From Candidatus Nanopelagicaceae bacterium (GTDB lineage Bacteria; Actinomycetota; Actinomycetes; Nanopelagicales; Nanopelagicaceae): 47,310 nt of DNA. A model generated the notes under the pieces. That model ran no database searches and was not told the DNA's origin. It saw only the letters and a list, made by a program, of their open reading frames with translations. Within the stretch, counting starts at the first letter, position 1, and every line of letters begins with the position of its first letter. A program made the position numbers and the translations under genes. Shown in pieces: positions 38,387-47,310 of the stretch. The DNA lies in assembly GCA_947490625.1 (NCBI GenBank), contig CANLHC010000001.1, positions 1-47,310 on the forward strand. Reading direction: 5' to 3'.

Positions 38387-38421
38387 TCAATTCTTGGGTG
38401 TAGTGACCCAGACTTAGTTCA

Positions 38422-39081
38422 GTGATTTCACTGCCTTCACTATCAGAAATAATTTTCCCCTCACGTTGCCTAGGTTGTAAACAAATCGGAATAAAGATTT
38501 GTTCACAGTGTCGCGCATCGTGGAATCCGCACATTTATCGCATGCAGATAGTTTCTGAATTGAACTCTTTTCCTGTCTACTCGGCCGTTGAATACTCCAG
38601 CGTTGCACAAAGAGTTCTTCTGAGTTCAAAAGAGTCAGGGTTGCGAGATGCCGATCAACTTATCATTCAGGCTCTTTCACATAGCCTGGGATACATGTAT
38701 GGAGAGCAAGGTATTGCAGACCTTGTACCTGTGCCTTCAAGAAAGTCGGCGACTAGAAAACGTGGAAGAGATTTCATTCTGATGCACACACTTGAGTTAT
38801 CAAAGATTCCACACGTGCGCGCGCTTCCACTACTGCGCCATACACGTCGAGTTCAGGATCAATCCTCACTCAATGCCAAGGAGCGGCAGAGAAATCTCAG
38901 CCAATCACTTGAGTGCATGGAAAGAGCGCCAGGGGCATACACCCCTGTAATAATTGTCGACGATGTCGTTACCACCGGAGCGACCCTGAGAGAGGCGGGA
39001 AGGGCCCTGCATGCAGGGGGTTTCTGCGTCATAGGCGCAATTACTGCCTGCGTGGCAAAACCTCTACGATATACCCAGTGA
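38422..39081 (+). CDS. ComF family protein (Zn ribbon + PRTase fold)
   Basis: CLGC..CSQC, VPVP, RG, IVDDVVTTGAT. Confidence 0.88.
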   Translation: MISLPSLSEIIFPSRCLGCKQIGIKICSQCRASWNPHIYRMQIVSELNSFPVYSAVEYSSVAQRVLLSSKESGLRDADQLIIQALSHSLGYMYGEQGIADLVPVPSRKSATRKRGRDFILMHTLELSKIPHVRALPLLRHTRRVQDQSSLNAKERQRNLSQSLECMERAPGAYTPVIIVDDVVTTGATLREAGRALHAGGFCVIGAITACVAKPLRYTQ

Positions 39082-39155
39082 ACCAGGGGTCCCCCTTGCA
39101 TCAGTATTTAAAGTAACCGGGCTCAACAGAGTACGTATTCTTTGAAAGGTTTTTG

Positions 39156-41825
39156 ATGTCATCAATAGTTGATCGTTTTATGCGCGCCGGAGAAGGAAAG
39201 ATTCTCCGCCAACTCTCAAAAATTGCAGCTGAAGTAAATACCTTTGAGCCATCTATCGTGCCTCTCAGCGATGAAGCGCTCCGTGCAAAGACAGCAGAGT
39301 TTCGATCACGCCTTGAAAAAGATGAAGACCTTGATGACCTTCTTCCTGAAGCTTTTGCAGTTGTGCGTGAGGCAGCAAAACGTACCCTTGGTCAACGCCA
39401 TTACGATGTTCAGCTTATGGGTGGCGCCGCCCTTCACATGGGAAACATCGCTGAAATGCGCACAGGTGAAGGTAAAACTCTTGTAGCGACCCTTCCTTCT
39501 TATCTCAATGCTCTAGCGGGCAAAGGTGTTCACGTTGTCACGACAAATGATTATCTGGCAGAGCGCGATAGCGAGTGGATGGGACGCATTCATCGCTTCC
39601 TTGGATTAACCGTTGGTGTCATCGTCAACAGCATGTCGCCTTCAGAGCGCCGCGCTGCATATAACTGCGACATCACTTATGGAACAAATAATGAATTTGG
39701 CTTTGATTATCTGCGCGATAACATGGCATGGAGCCTAGAAGAGTGCGTGCAACGCGAGCACTTCTTTGCTGTTGTCGATGAAGTCGACTCAATCCTGATC
39801 GATGAAGCACGTACCCCACTCATCATTAGTGGTCCGGCTGATAAAGCCACTAAGTGGTATGTCGAATTTGCAAATATTTGTAATCAACTGACTCGAAATA
39901 CACACTATGAGGTTGACGAGAAGAAGAAGACAGTTGCGATCCTTGAATTAGGTGTCACAAAGGTTGAACAGCTACTGGGAATCGAAAACCTCTATGAGGC
40001 GGCAAATACTCCACTGATTGGCTACCTCAATAACTCTGTCCGTGCGAAGGAGCTCTTCAAGCGCGATAAAGATTATGTTGTAATGAACGGCGAGCTTCTT
40101 ATCGTTGATGAGCACACAGGCCGCATGCTCTCTGGTCGTAGATATAGTGAAGGTTTGCACCAAGCTCTTGAGGCGAAAGAGCGAATTGAGATCCAGGATG
40201 AAAACCAAACCTTGGCCACAATCACGTTGCAGAACTACTTCCGTCTCTACTCAAAGATTTCAGGTATGACCGGTACTGCGATGACTGAAGCCTCAGAATT
40301 CCACCAGATCTATAAGTTAGGCGTCGTTCCAATTCCAACAAACCGTCCGATGCTCAGAGTGGATGCTGCAGACCTTGTCTATAAATCAGAGGCAGGAAAA
40401 TTCGTAGCAGTCGCTCAAGATATTGTGGAGCGCCATCGCAAGGGCCAACCGGTTTTAGTTGGTACCGTCAGCGTCGAAAAATCTGAAGAACTCTCTGCAG
40501 TTCTCAAGAAGAACGGTATTCCTCACGAGGTTCTTAACGCTAAACATCACGAGCGCGAAGCTCTCATCATTGCTGGCGCTGGCGTTAAAGGCGCGGTAAC
40601 TGTAGCTACCAATATGGCTGGACGTGGAACTGACATTATGTTGGGTGGAAACCCAGAATTTATGGCAGATTTTGAATTGCAGCGACGCGGAATCTCACCT
40701 GTCGACAACGCTGCTGAGTATGAATCAGCGTGGCCAATCGAACTTGCAAAACAGAAGGCAGCTGTTGCAACAGGCCATGACGAAGTAGTCGCACTGGGCG
40801 GTCTCTATGTTCTTGGAACTGAGCGTCACGAATCACGTCGTATCGATAACCAGTTGCGTGGACGTTCCGGACGTCAAGGCGATCCCGGAGAGTCTCGTTT
40901 CTACCTTTCTCTACAAGATGATTTGATGCGCCGCTTTAACTCTGCTCTTGTAGAGCGTTTCCTCTCTGCTGCAGGCTTGCCAGAGGATGCACCTATCGAA
41001 TCCAAGATGGTGAGCAATGCGATTAAATCAGCCCAGACACAGGTAGAAGCGCAGAACTTTGAGATTCGCAAGAATGTTCTCAAGTATGACGATGTAATGA
41101 ATCGCCAACGTACTGTCATCTACGGAGAGCGACGCTTAGTCCTAGAAGGTGAAGACATTTCATCTCAGGTGGGTCAGTTCTTGGCAGATACCATCCAGGC
41201 ATATGTTGCAGCAGAGACAGCCGAGGGATACCCCGAAGATTGGGATTTGGCGAAGTTATGGATTGCACTCAAACTTGTTTATCCAATCTCACTTACCGTT
41301 GAAGGCCTGATCAAAGAAGTAGGAACCGTTGATGGGCTCGATAGCGAGTTCCTTACAGCGCGAATCCTGGAAGATGCAGAGAGCGCATATAAAAAGCGTG
41401 AAGAAGAACTTGGCGTCGAAGTGATGCGTGAACTCGAGCGCAAAGTTCTCCTCTCAGTCTTAGATCGCAAATGGCGCGAGCACCTTTATGAGATGGATTA
41501 TTTGCAAGAGGGAATCGGGCTTCGTGCTATGGCACAACGTGATCCACTTGTTGAATATCAGCGAGAAGGCTATGAACTCTTCTCTGCGATGATGGATGCG
41601 ATAAAAGAAGAGCTAGCAAGTCTTGTCTTTAACGTGCAGGTCAACGTGGAAGAGGGAAAGAAAGTCTCAGCTCCTTCACTCGATGCTAAACCTGCAGAGG
41701 TAAGCGCACTCTCATACACCGCATCTGATGGTTCGGGGGCAGTTACGAAAAATGAAGTTACTCGTAACGCACCATGTCCTTGTGGCTCTGGCAAGAAGTA
41801 CAAGCGCTGTCACGGCGCCGCTTAA
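39156..41825 (+). CDS. secA: Preprotein translocase ATPase SecA
   Basis: [49 protein letters not shown]-terminal [13 protein letters not shown]. Confidence 0.98.
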   Translation: MSSIVDRFMRAGEGKILRQLSKIAAEVNTFEPSIVPLSDEALRAKTAEFRSRLEKDEDLDDLLPEAFAVVREAAKRTLGQRHYDVQLMGGAALHMGNIAEMRTGEGKTLVATLPSYLNALAGKGVHVVTTNDYLAERDSEWMGRIHRFLGLTVGVIVNSMSPSERRAAYNCDITYGTNNEFGFDYLRDNMAWSLEECVQREHFFAVVDEVDSILIDEARTPLIISGPADKATKWYVEFANICNQLTRNTHYEVDEKKKTVAILELGVTKVEQLLGIENLYEAANTPLIGYLNNSVRAKELFKRDKDYVVMNGELLIVDEHTGRMLSGRRYSEGLHQALEAKERIEIQDENQTLATITLQNYFRLYSKISGMTGTAMTEASEFHQIYKLGVVPIPTNRPMLRVDAADLVYKSEAGKFVAVAQDIVERHRKGQPVLVGTVSVEKSEELSAVLKKNGIPHEVLNAKHHEREALIIAGAGVKGAVTVATNMAGRGTDIMLGGNPEFMADFELQRRGISPVDNAAEYESAWPIELAKQKAAVATGHDEVVALGGLYVLGTERHESRRIDNQLRGRSGRQGDPGESRFYLSLQDDLMRRFNSALVERFLSAAGLPEDAPIESKMVSNAIKSAQTQVEAQNFEIRKNVLKYDDVMNRQRTVIYGERRLVLEGEDISSQVGQFLADTIQAYVAAETAEGYPEDWDLAKLWIALKLVYPISLTVEGLIKEVGTVDGLDSEFLTARILEDAESAYKKREEELGVEVMRELERKVLLSVLDRKWREHLYEMDYLQEGIGLRAMAQRDPLVEYQREGYELFSAMMDAIKEELASLVFNVQVNVEEGKKVSAPSLDAKPAEVSALSYTASDGSGAVTKNEVTRNAPCPCGSGKKYKRCHGAA

Positions 41826-41832
41826 TTTCTCG

Positions 41833-42378
41833 CTAGATAAGGTCTAACTCGGTACAGAGCCAGCGCCCATCGACGCCCTCAAATCGAATTGTGATTGCTC
41901 GCAATCTTTCACCAAATCGTACGGTGATCGTGGACTCGCAAATCCCGTCTAGAGGTTGGCTCTGATAAATCGTACGAATTCTTCCAATTTCTTTCTGAGA
42001 TCCAGTCTTTCGAATTAATTCGTTGTAAATCACTCTGTGGCAACGCGCCATTAATTGAGCAGGCTGTCTACGACCAGCCCAGATCTCAAGCAGTGCTACT
42101 GCAAATGTCATTGTCCAGGCGTGCAGTTCAGGTAGCTCGCTTGCCGAAGTTGGAATGGGGCAATCTTCTCCATCACAATCTTCTCCACCGTAGTTTTTAT
42201 CGCACTGCGAAGGAACTAGATAGAGCTTTGCCTTTTGAACCGGTCGCGGTTCAAGAGCTGGTTTGAGATGAGATTGCGGATAGAGATCCAGGATGGGATG
42301 GCTCCACATTGCCTGATCTTCGTTGCTGGATACGAGTGTGAAGGAAGGGCTGCTATGAATTGTCATAGCAGCAACCAT
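41833..42378 (-). CDS. Rv3235-family protein
   Basis: LLEIWAGRRQPAQL, RLRAITIRFE..GRWLCTELD; convergent on secA as in many actinobacteria. Start 42378 or 42366. Confidence 0.8.
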   Translation of the reverse strand: MVAAMTIHSSPSFTLVSSNEDQAMWSHPILDLYPQSHLKPALEPRPVQKAKLYLVPSQCDKNYGGEDCDGEDCPIPTSASELPELHAWTMTFAVALLEIWAGRRQPAQLMARCHRVIYNELIRKTGSQKEIGRIRTIYQSQPLDGICESTITVRFGERLRAITIRFEGVDGRWLCTELDLI

Positions 42379-42489
42379 CTATTGGCTGGCAAGAGCATGA
42401 ATCAACCCAGAAGATGAAGTTCACTCATCCTTAAAGGTGACTGTGCACAAGTGTGAGGCGAAACTCTCTGGTTGCTCTTTGCTCCACCT

Positions 42490-43110
42490 ATGATTTCAAA
42501 ACATCCTGCATTAACAACCTCACTCTCTCTCCGCTCTCCCCGAGTGATAGTTGCCGGCGTCCTCTTTATCGCAGCCCTACTCTCTTCATTTGCCTTCGCT
42601 GCCCTGGCTGATCAGTCTTCGCACTATTGGGCAGCTCGCAACCCCATTACTCCAGGTTCACTCGTCACTTCTGAAGATTTAGTTCTTTTCGATGCTTCCC
42701 TTATCGAAAATGCTGATCTGTACTTTGAAGAAAATGCACCGCCCATTGGAATGGTCAGTACGCAACTAATTGGGGCAGGTCAATTTCTTGCAAAAAGCGC
42801 TCTGACCCAAGAGTCGGCACAATTCGACACAGAACAAGTTCCGTTGAATATCCTTCCATCAGATATTCCAGCAATGATTGAAGTGGGCGAGCCAATTTCT
42901 CTCTATTGGGTACCAGATGCCGTCGATAGCCAGAGCTTAAGTACTCCCACACTCTTGCTCACTGGAATTTTTCTAGAGTCGATTGACCGTAAAGGATCAA
43001 ATTTTGGCTCTGGCCTTGCGATTACCGTCTCAGTGGATAGTTCGCAGGTTGCAAAAATTCTTGCGGGAACATCACATGGGCGTTTAGTCGTGGTCGCATC
43101 ACATGGCTGA
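42490..43110 (+). CDS. SAF-domain (CpaB/RcpC-like) membrane-anchored protein
   Basis: One TM helix, then WAARNPITPGSLVTSEDL and LIGAGQFL (SAF pattern), beta-rich C-terminus. Confidence 0.65.
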   Translation: MISKHPALTTSLSLRSPRVIVAGVLFIAALLSSFAFAALADQSSHYWAARNPITPGSLVTSEDLVLFDASLIENADLYFEENAPPIGMVSTQLIGAGQFLAKSALTQESAQFDTEQVPLNILPSDIPAMIEVGEPISLYWVPDAVDSQSLSTPTLLLTGIFLESIDRKGSNFGSGLAITVSVDSSQVAKILAGTSHGRLVVVASHG

Positions 43111-44179
43111 TTTGCATGTTGTTACGGCAATCGGTGACCCTGAATTCGAAAGCTTCGTTGCGCGAACCTTGCACTCACAGGGGTGGAACGTTCTCTTTCG
43201 CGCTATCGATAGGGAACTGCTTGCTCGGTATCTTGAAATCCCCGTTGAGATTAAGCCACTACTTATTTACTCAAGTGATATCCAAGGTGTGAATCCTGAA
43301 TTTCTCTCATCAATCTCAACCCTTATCGAAAGAGCTGTCGGCTTTGCTGGAATCGACAAAGACGAGCTAGATGGAGATCTCATAGCGAGAACTCATGATG
43401 CCGCACTATTGATGGCGCGCATCCTGACGCAGGGGAGAGTGCCTCTTCGCCAACAGGGATTAAGTAGCTCAGCTTCACGACGCTCGCGCGTGATCGCCAT
43501 TGCTAGCGCAAACCATGGTGACGGGGCGACGACAACTGCGATTAATTGTGCGATTGAACTTAATCTGTTGGGTAAGAAAGTTCTCCTTATTGATGCCCAT
43601 CACCAACTTCCCGCAGTTGCAATTCTTTTGGGAGAACGAAATCTCAACGGATCAGAACCCAACCGCGTCAGCCCATTGCTAGAAGTATTCGAACTGACAA
43701 GCGAGAATGCAGCGGCCATGGCTGAGACCCTTATCGATGCCTGCTCGCGCACCGACTTCGTGATCATCGATTGTGGCTTAATACCGAAGGCAGTTGAGGC
43801 GGTAACAGAGCGAAGATGGCAGAACACTTTTTCTCATTGGATCTTTGAAAATGTTGATGATTTATGGATTATTGCTTCACCTCGTCTGATGAGTACTCAC
43901 TCTCTCCAGCAATTCCAAGCTTTGATGAGTAAACAATCACTGCGGGCTCGTAAAACATTTATTCTCAACCATAGGGTCCCTGGAAAGCGCGGCGACGCCC
44001 AAGAAGAAAAGTTTCTATTACTTGTTGCACCCAGCCATCCCCATGCCATTCGCGTACTTCCTCTTGATACTCGGGGTGCAAACGCGGCAGAGCAGGATAG
44101 ATCGATATTGGTGGAGAGTAATCCCCGCGGTTTACTTCGAAAGAAGTACCTTGAATTGGCGGCTGCACTGACCGCTTAG
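43103..44179 (+). CDS. Receiver-like + degenerate MinD/ParA (CpaE/Ssd-like) protein
   Basis: VIAIASANHGDGATTTAIN, KVLLIDA, FVIIDCG, ILNHR; 8-nt overlap with the SAF gene. Confidence 0.7.
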   Translation: MADLHVVTAIGDPEFESFVARTLHSQGWNVLFRAIDRELLARYLEIPVEIKPLLIYSSDIQGVNPEFLSSISTLIERAVGFAGIDKDELDGDLIARTHDAALLMARILTQGRVPLRQQGLSSSASRRSRVIAIASANHGDGATTTAINCAIELNLLGKKVLLIDAHHQLPAVAILLGERNLNGSEPNRVSPLLEVFELTSENAAAMAETLIDACSRTDFVIIDCGLIPKAVEAVTERRWQNTFSHWIFENVDDLWIIASPRLMSTHSLQQFQALMSKQSLRARKTFILNHRVPGKRGDAQEEKFLLLVAPSHPHAIRVLPLDTRGANAAEQDRSILVESNPRGLLRKKYLELAAALTA

Positions 44180-44197
44180 ACCTTGTACCCTTTTCCT

Positions 44198-44581
44198 ATG
44201 CGCGCTTATGTCGGCCTTACCTTTGAAGAAGTAAGCGCACTTATTTCTGGAGAATCACTAAAAATCGAAATTCTCTTTGCGGCAACAGCTGAATTCGTTG
44301 CAACTCACAGTGAGCTCGATGAAGAAGAGCGCGAATTTATCCTGACGATGCTCGCAGCCGAAGAGTCCCTAGATCTGCGCGACGAGGGATTTGGTTTTGT
44401 CCTTGCAGGAGATGTTCCTGCCCATGTAATTGTTGAAGAAGGCGCAGATAGCATCAAAGTCTCGGAAGAGATTAATCGAGAGTGGGCAGCATGCATCTTT
44501 CTTGTCTCACCCGATGGTGAAGACCTCACCTGGTATGCAATACAGGAAGTTGAAAACCTGCTCCCGTCTTGGAGTTCTTAA
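44198..44581 (+). CDS. DUF6912-like acidic protein
   Basis: MRAYV, DEEEREF..AA..SL, LTWYAIQE; TACCCT 6 nt before the ATG. Confidence 0.65.
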   Translation: MRAYVGLTFEEVSALISGESLKIEILFAATAEFVATHSELDEEEREFILTMLAAEESLDLRDEGFGFVLAGDVPAHVIVEEGADSIKVSEEINREWAACIFLVSPDGEDLTWYAIQEVENLLPSWSS

Positions 44582-46051
44582 ATGCCCGCACTAGAAGAAT
44601 TCATTCGGGGAAGAAGCCCACTCACCTCAGAGCAAATTTATCGACTGCGAGAGTTAGTCGCAGATTGGCAACTTCTCTCTGATCTCTCCTTCGCAGATCT
44701 CATCCTGTGGGTGCCGCTACGAAAAGATATGAAGAGCTGGCCAACCGGCTATGTTGCCGTTGCACATATACGCCCGATGACAGCGGCAACCGTATTTTCA
44801 AATGATGTCCTAGGAGAAGAAATTCAATGGGGGGATCGGCCACATATTGATCGCGCTCTCTCTAGCGCTGAGATTATTCGCGACACAGTCCCAGAACGTT
44901 TAGGTGACCACATGGTCAAAGAAGAAACTACGCCGGTCATTTATGAACAGGAAGTGATTGCTGTTATCTCTCGCCATCGAGATTCAGAACTTATGCGTCA
45001 GCCTTCGCGTCTTGAACTTAACTATCGTGAAATTGCACATCAGCTCTATCGAATGGTTGCTGAAGGAAAGTTTCCTTACGAAAATGCTAGCTCGCTCTTT
45101 GATCCACCACCGCGTGTAGGCGATGGCCTCTTGCGTTTAGACATCAATGGTGCGATTACCTATGCCAGCCCTAATGCTCGTTCAGCATTTGGCCGCATGG
45201 GATGGAACAACGCACTCGAAGGTGAAACGCTGCACGATGTTGCCCAACGAATCACAACTCCACAAAACCTCGCTCACGAAGAAGGTTTACGTGTACAACT
45301 GTCCGGAAAAGCGATACGTCGAGTAGAGATGGAAAATGCCGGAGGAACAATTGATCTCTTGGTACTTCCTGTATCTCAAGGTGAGGATCGAGTCGGTGCG
45401 CTGATCCTGTTGCAGAACGTGACAGAACTACGTCGTCGTGAACGTGAGCTAGTAACTAAAGATGCCACCATTAGAGAGATTCACCATCGGGTGAAGAACA
45501 ATCTTCAAACTGTCTCTGCCCTGCTTCGCCTGCAAGCTCGCCGCATTGACGATCCTGCATCCAGCGCTGCACTTAATGAAGCCGTTCGCCGCATCGCTTC
45601 GATTGCTCTGGTGCATGAAACTCTCTCTTCGGGCAGTGACTCATCCGTAGCCTTTGACGATGTCCTTGATCGACTAGTAACTCACTCGCTAGATTTGAGT
45701 TCTAGGATGAATGAATTAGTAATTACTCGAACAGGAGTTCTCGGATCACTCGACCCAACAATTGCTACACCGTTATCGCTGGTCGTCACTGAGTTAATTC
45801 ATAATGCCCTTGAACACGGATTGGAAAAAGGTGGCAGTTCGCTAGAAATCTCCTTAGAACGCACCGCTAATTCGGCTCAGATTTCGATTATCGATGATGG
45901 AGTTGGTCTGCCATCAGGTTTTGATCTGGCAACCTCTTCGAATCTTGGCCTTCAAATTGTGCGCACTTTAACTGAGAATGAACTCAAAGGTGAACTCATC
46001 CTTGAATCAACAGGGGATAAGACCACAGCAAGGCTTACATTCCCAATCTAA
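44582..46051 (+). CDS. pdtaS: Cytoplasmic sensor histidine kinase PdtaS
   Basis: WQLLSDLSFADL N-domain, PAS, REIHHRVKNNLQ (HisKA_2), ELIHNALEHG, LGLQIV; next to whiB1. Confidence 0.88.
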   Translation: MPALEEFIRGRSPLTSEQIYRLRELVADWQLLSDLSFADLILWVPLRKDMKSWPTGYVAVAHIRPMTAATVFSNDVLGEEIQWGDRPHIDRALSSAEIIRDTVPERLGDHMVKEETTPVIYEQEVIAVISRHRDSELMRQPSRLELNYREIAHQLYRMVAEGKFPYENASSLFDPPPRVGDGLLRLDINGAITYASPNARSAFGRMGWNNALEGETLHDVAQRITTPQNLAHEEGLRVQLSGKAIRRVEMENAGGTIDLLVLPVSQGEDRVGALILLQNVTELRRRERELVTKDATIREIHHRVKNNLQTVSALLRLQARRIDDPASSAALNEAVRRIASIALVHETLSSGSDSSVAFDDVLDRLVTHSLDLSSRMNELVITRTGVLGSLDPTIATPLSLVVTELIHNALEHGLEKGGSSLEISLERTANSAQISIIDDGVGLPSGFDLATSSNLGLQIVRTLTENELKGELILESTGDKTTARLTFPI

Positions 46052-46071
46052 AGGATGTAAGTAAAAAAGAA

Positions 46072-46335
46072 TTAGCTTTGTGGATCTGAAATGCGAGCGC
46101 GATTACGTGCGGCACGACGCTTGAGTGCACGACGTTCATCTTCAGAGAGTCCGCCCCACACACCGGCATCTTGTCCGCTCTCAAGAGCCCATGCCAAGCA
46201 AGGGTCCTTGACCATGCAGCGATTGCAGACCTTCTTCGCCTCTTCGATCTGAGTGATCGCAGGCCCTGTATTTCCCACAGGAAAGAAGAGTTCTGGGTCT
46301 TCGTCGCGACAGGCAGACTGATGACGCCAATCCAT
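46072..46335 (-). CDS. whiB1: WhiB1/WblE Fe-S transcription factor
   Basis: MDWRH..ACRDEDPELFFPVGNTGPA, four Cys, GQDAGVWGGLSEDERR; AGGAG RBS. Confidence 0.95.
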   Translation of the reverse strand: MDWRHQSACRDEDPELFFPVGNTGPAITQIEEAKKVCNRCMVKDPCLAWALESGQDAGVWGGLSEDERRALKRRAARNRARISDPQS

Positions 46336-46492
46336 GATCGCTCCTTAAGCTAGAGGAAGTGAGCGTGAAGTGAATTCACCTCTCGCAAAGCCCAATTCTC
46401 TCGTGACTTACTCTCTTAAACAAGGACGAACGCGAAAAGATTCCTCACATCTGGGTGATAAAGATCGCGCCGACACGCGCTGAGAACTGTTG

Positions 46493-46564
46493 TGCCCCCG
46501 ACAGGATTCGAACCTGTGCACCCGCCTCCGGAGGGCGGTGCTCTATCCCCTGAGCTACGGGGGC
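46493..46564 (-). tRNA. tRNA-Arg(CCG), CCA not encoded
   Basis: Reverse complement GCCCCCG-TA-GCTCAGGGGATAGAGC-A-CCGCC-CTCCGGA-GGCGG..CAGG-TTCGAAT-CCTG..CGGGGGC-A folds as a cloverleaf; anticodon CCG. Confidence 0.96.
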
Positions 46565-46622
46565 GCAAGGTAGCTCTAGTTTACGTGAAGAAAGTTGGTC
46601 GCAATCATGAAAGACTCTTCCA

Positions 46623-47144
46623 ATGAAGCACACCAGTGAGATCGCATACTTTGCAACAGGCTGTTTCTGGGGAGCTGAGCGCCGATTCTGGAATCTCGAA
46701 GGAGTAAGTAACACCTCCGTCGGATATATGGGTGGCCAACGCCCGAATCCAAGCTATGAAGAAGTCTGCACCGGTAGAACTGGTCACGCTGAAATGGTTG
46801 CAGTCACCTTTGATCCCACGCTCATTTCATATGATCGCCTTCTTCAAGAATTCTGGGTAATGCACGATCCAACATCATTAAATGCGCAAGGCGGAGATAT
46901 TGGCACTCAATATCGAAGCGCCATCTACACATCTTCGGCCGAGCACCATCAGCGGGCATTGGCATCGAAGGATCTCTATCAAGGTGCGCTCGCACGCGCC
47001 GGATTAGGGGCCATTGTCACCGATATCCAGAGCTCTGAGGGGTTCGAGTATTTCTTAGCCGAGGAGTATCACCAGAAATATCTGGCAAAGAATCCCAACG
47101 GCTATGACTGTCACTCAAGCACAGGAGTTGCCTTCCCTTTATAA
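46623..47144 (+). CDS. msrA: Peptide-methionine (S)-S-oxide reductase
   Basis: GCFWG, YEEVCTG.TGHAE, DIGTQYRS, AEEYHQKY, NPNGYDC. Confidence 0.96.
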   Translation: MKHTSEIAYFATGCFWGAERRFWNLEGVSNTSVGYMGGQRPNPSYEEVCTGRTGHAEMVAVTFDPTLISYDRLLQEFWVMHDPTSLNAQGGDIGTQYRSAIYTSSAEHHQRALASKDLYQGALARAGLGAIVTDIQSSEGFEYFLAEEYHQKYLAKNPNGYDCHSSTGVAFPL

Positions 47145-47191
47145 CACCGATCGCCTACTCAGCGACGGTTTCAAGTGGAATACTTCAATCC

Positions 47192-47310
47192 ATGAGCGAT
47201 AGCCATCTCGAATTCCTTACGCTGGAAGAGCTCGCAACTCATCGCAGCGAGAAGTGGAGAGGATTTCCCTCTGATGTGATTCCTCTGCCTGTGGCCGAGA
47301 TGGACTTTGC
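47192..47310 (+). CDS. 5' fragment of a MalY/PatB-type PLP enzyme (cystathionine beta-lyase-like), cut by the window edge
   Basis: Translated by hand: MSDSHLEFLTLEELATHRSEKWRGFPSDVIPLPVAEMDF; SxKW and VAEMDF are typical of the family. Confidence 0.8.
   Translation, partial: MSDSHLEFLTLEELATHRSEKWRGFPSDVIPLPVAEMDF

Noticed and set aside
46493-46564. tRNA-Arg as an integration site for an island
   Set aside because: No integrase, no duplicated tRNA 3' end seen, and flanking genes are core housekeeping.
201-46787. Many 60-190 aa alternative-frame and antisense ORFs in the track (e.g. 10356-10916, 11355-11855, 8126-8323, 46445-46714)
   Set aside because: They overlap well-supported genes or the tRNA, show no recognisable motifs, and are expected shadows of coding sequence.
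1-47310. CRISPR arrays, IS elements, prophage, defence or toxin-antitoxin systems
   Set aside because: No regularly spaced repeats and no transposase, integrase, nuclease or phage motifs were seen; nearly all sequence is explained by core genes.

Overview
A gene-dense, streamlined core-chromosome segment of an actinobacterium with unusually low GC for the phylum (roughly mid-to-high 40s % by eye). Gene content (two WhiB proteins, MtrAB, MshB, DUF3117, DUF3107, PdtaS) and compaction fit the freshwater acI lineage (Ca. Nanopelagicales/Planktophila-like); that taxonomy is inference. Left to right: (1) a cell-envelope glycopolymer locus (ugd, LCP, GT2, wzm/wzt, SpoIID-like hydrolase); (2) a pared-down conserved actinobacterial block (dapD, DUF3117, pepA, O-methyltransferase, htrA, tatB, mrp, DUF1003/MgtE-CBS, DMT, PHP, marC, DEAD helicase, DUF3107, TetR, moeZ, mshB, cysS, GNAT, fdxA, dapC); (3) the whiB/whmD-GT2-DUF5719-DUF3499-pmm-ahcY-mtrAB-comF-secA block; (4) Rv3235-like, SAF, degenerate MinD/CpaE-like, DUF6912, pdtaS, whiB1, tRNA-Arg(CCG), msrA and the start of a MalY/PatB gene. 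I saw no mobile elements, prophage, CRISPR or rRNA. Best leads: a stand-alone sigma-region-4 mini-protein near where sigE-rseA is missing; a probable GT-A/GT-C fusion glycosylation module coupled to whiB and flanked by GDP-mannose genes; an orphan SAF + pseudo-ATPase module; non-actinobacterial-type AhcY and CysRS; and a pervasive TANNNT-N6/7-start leaderless promoter pattern. All family calls come from recognising motifs by eye, not from database searches.
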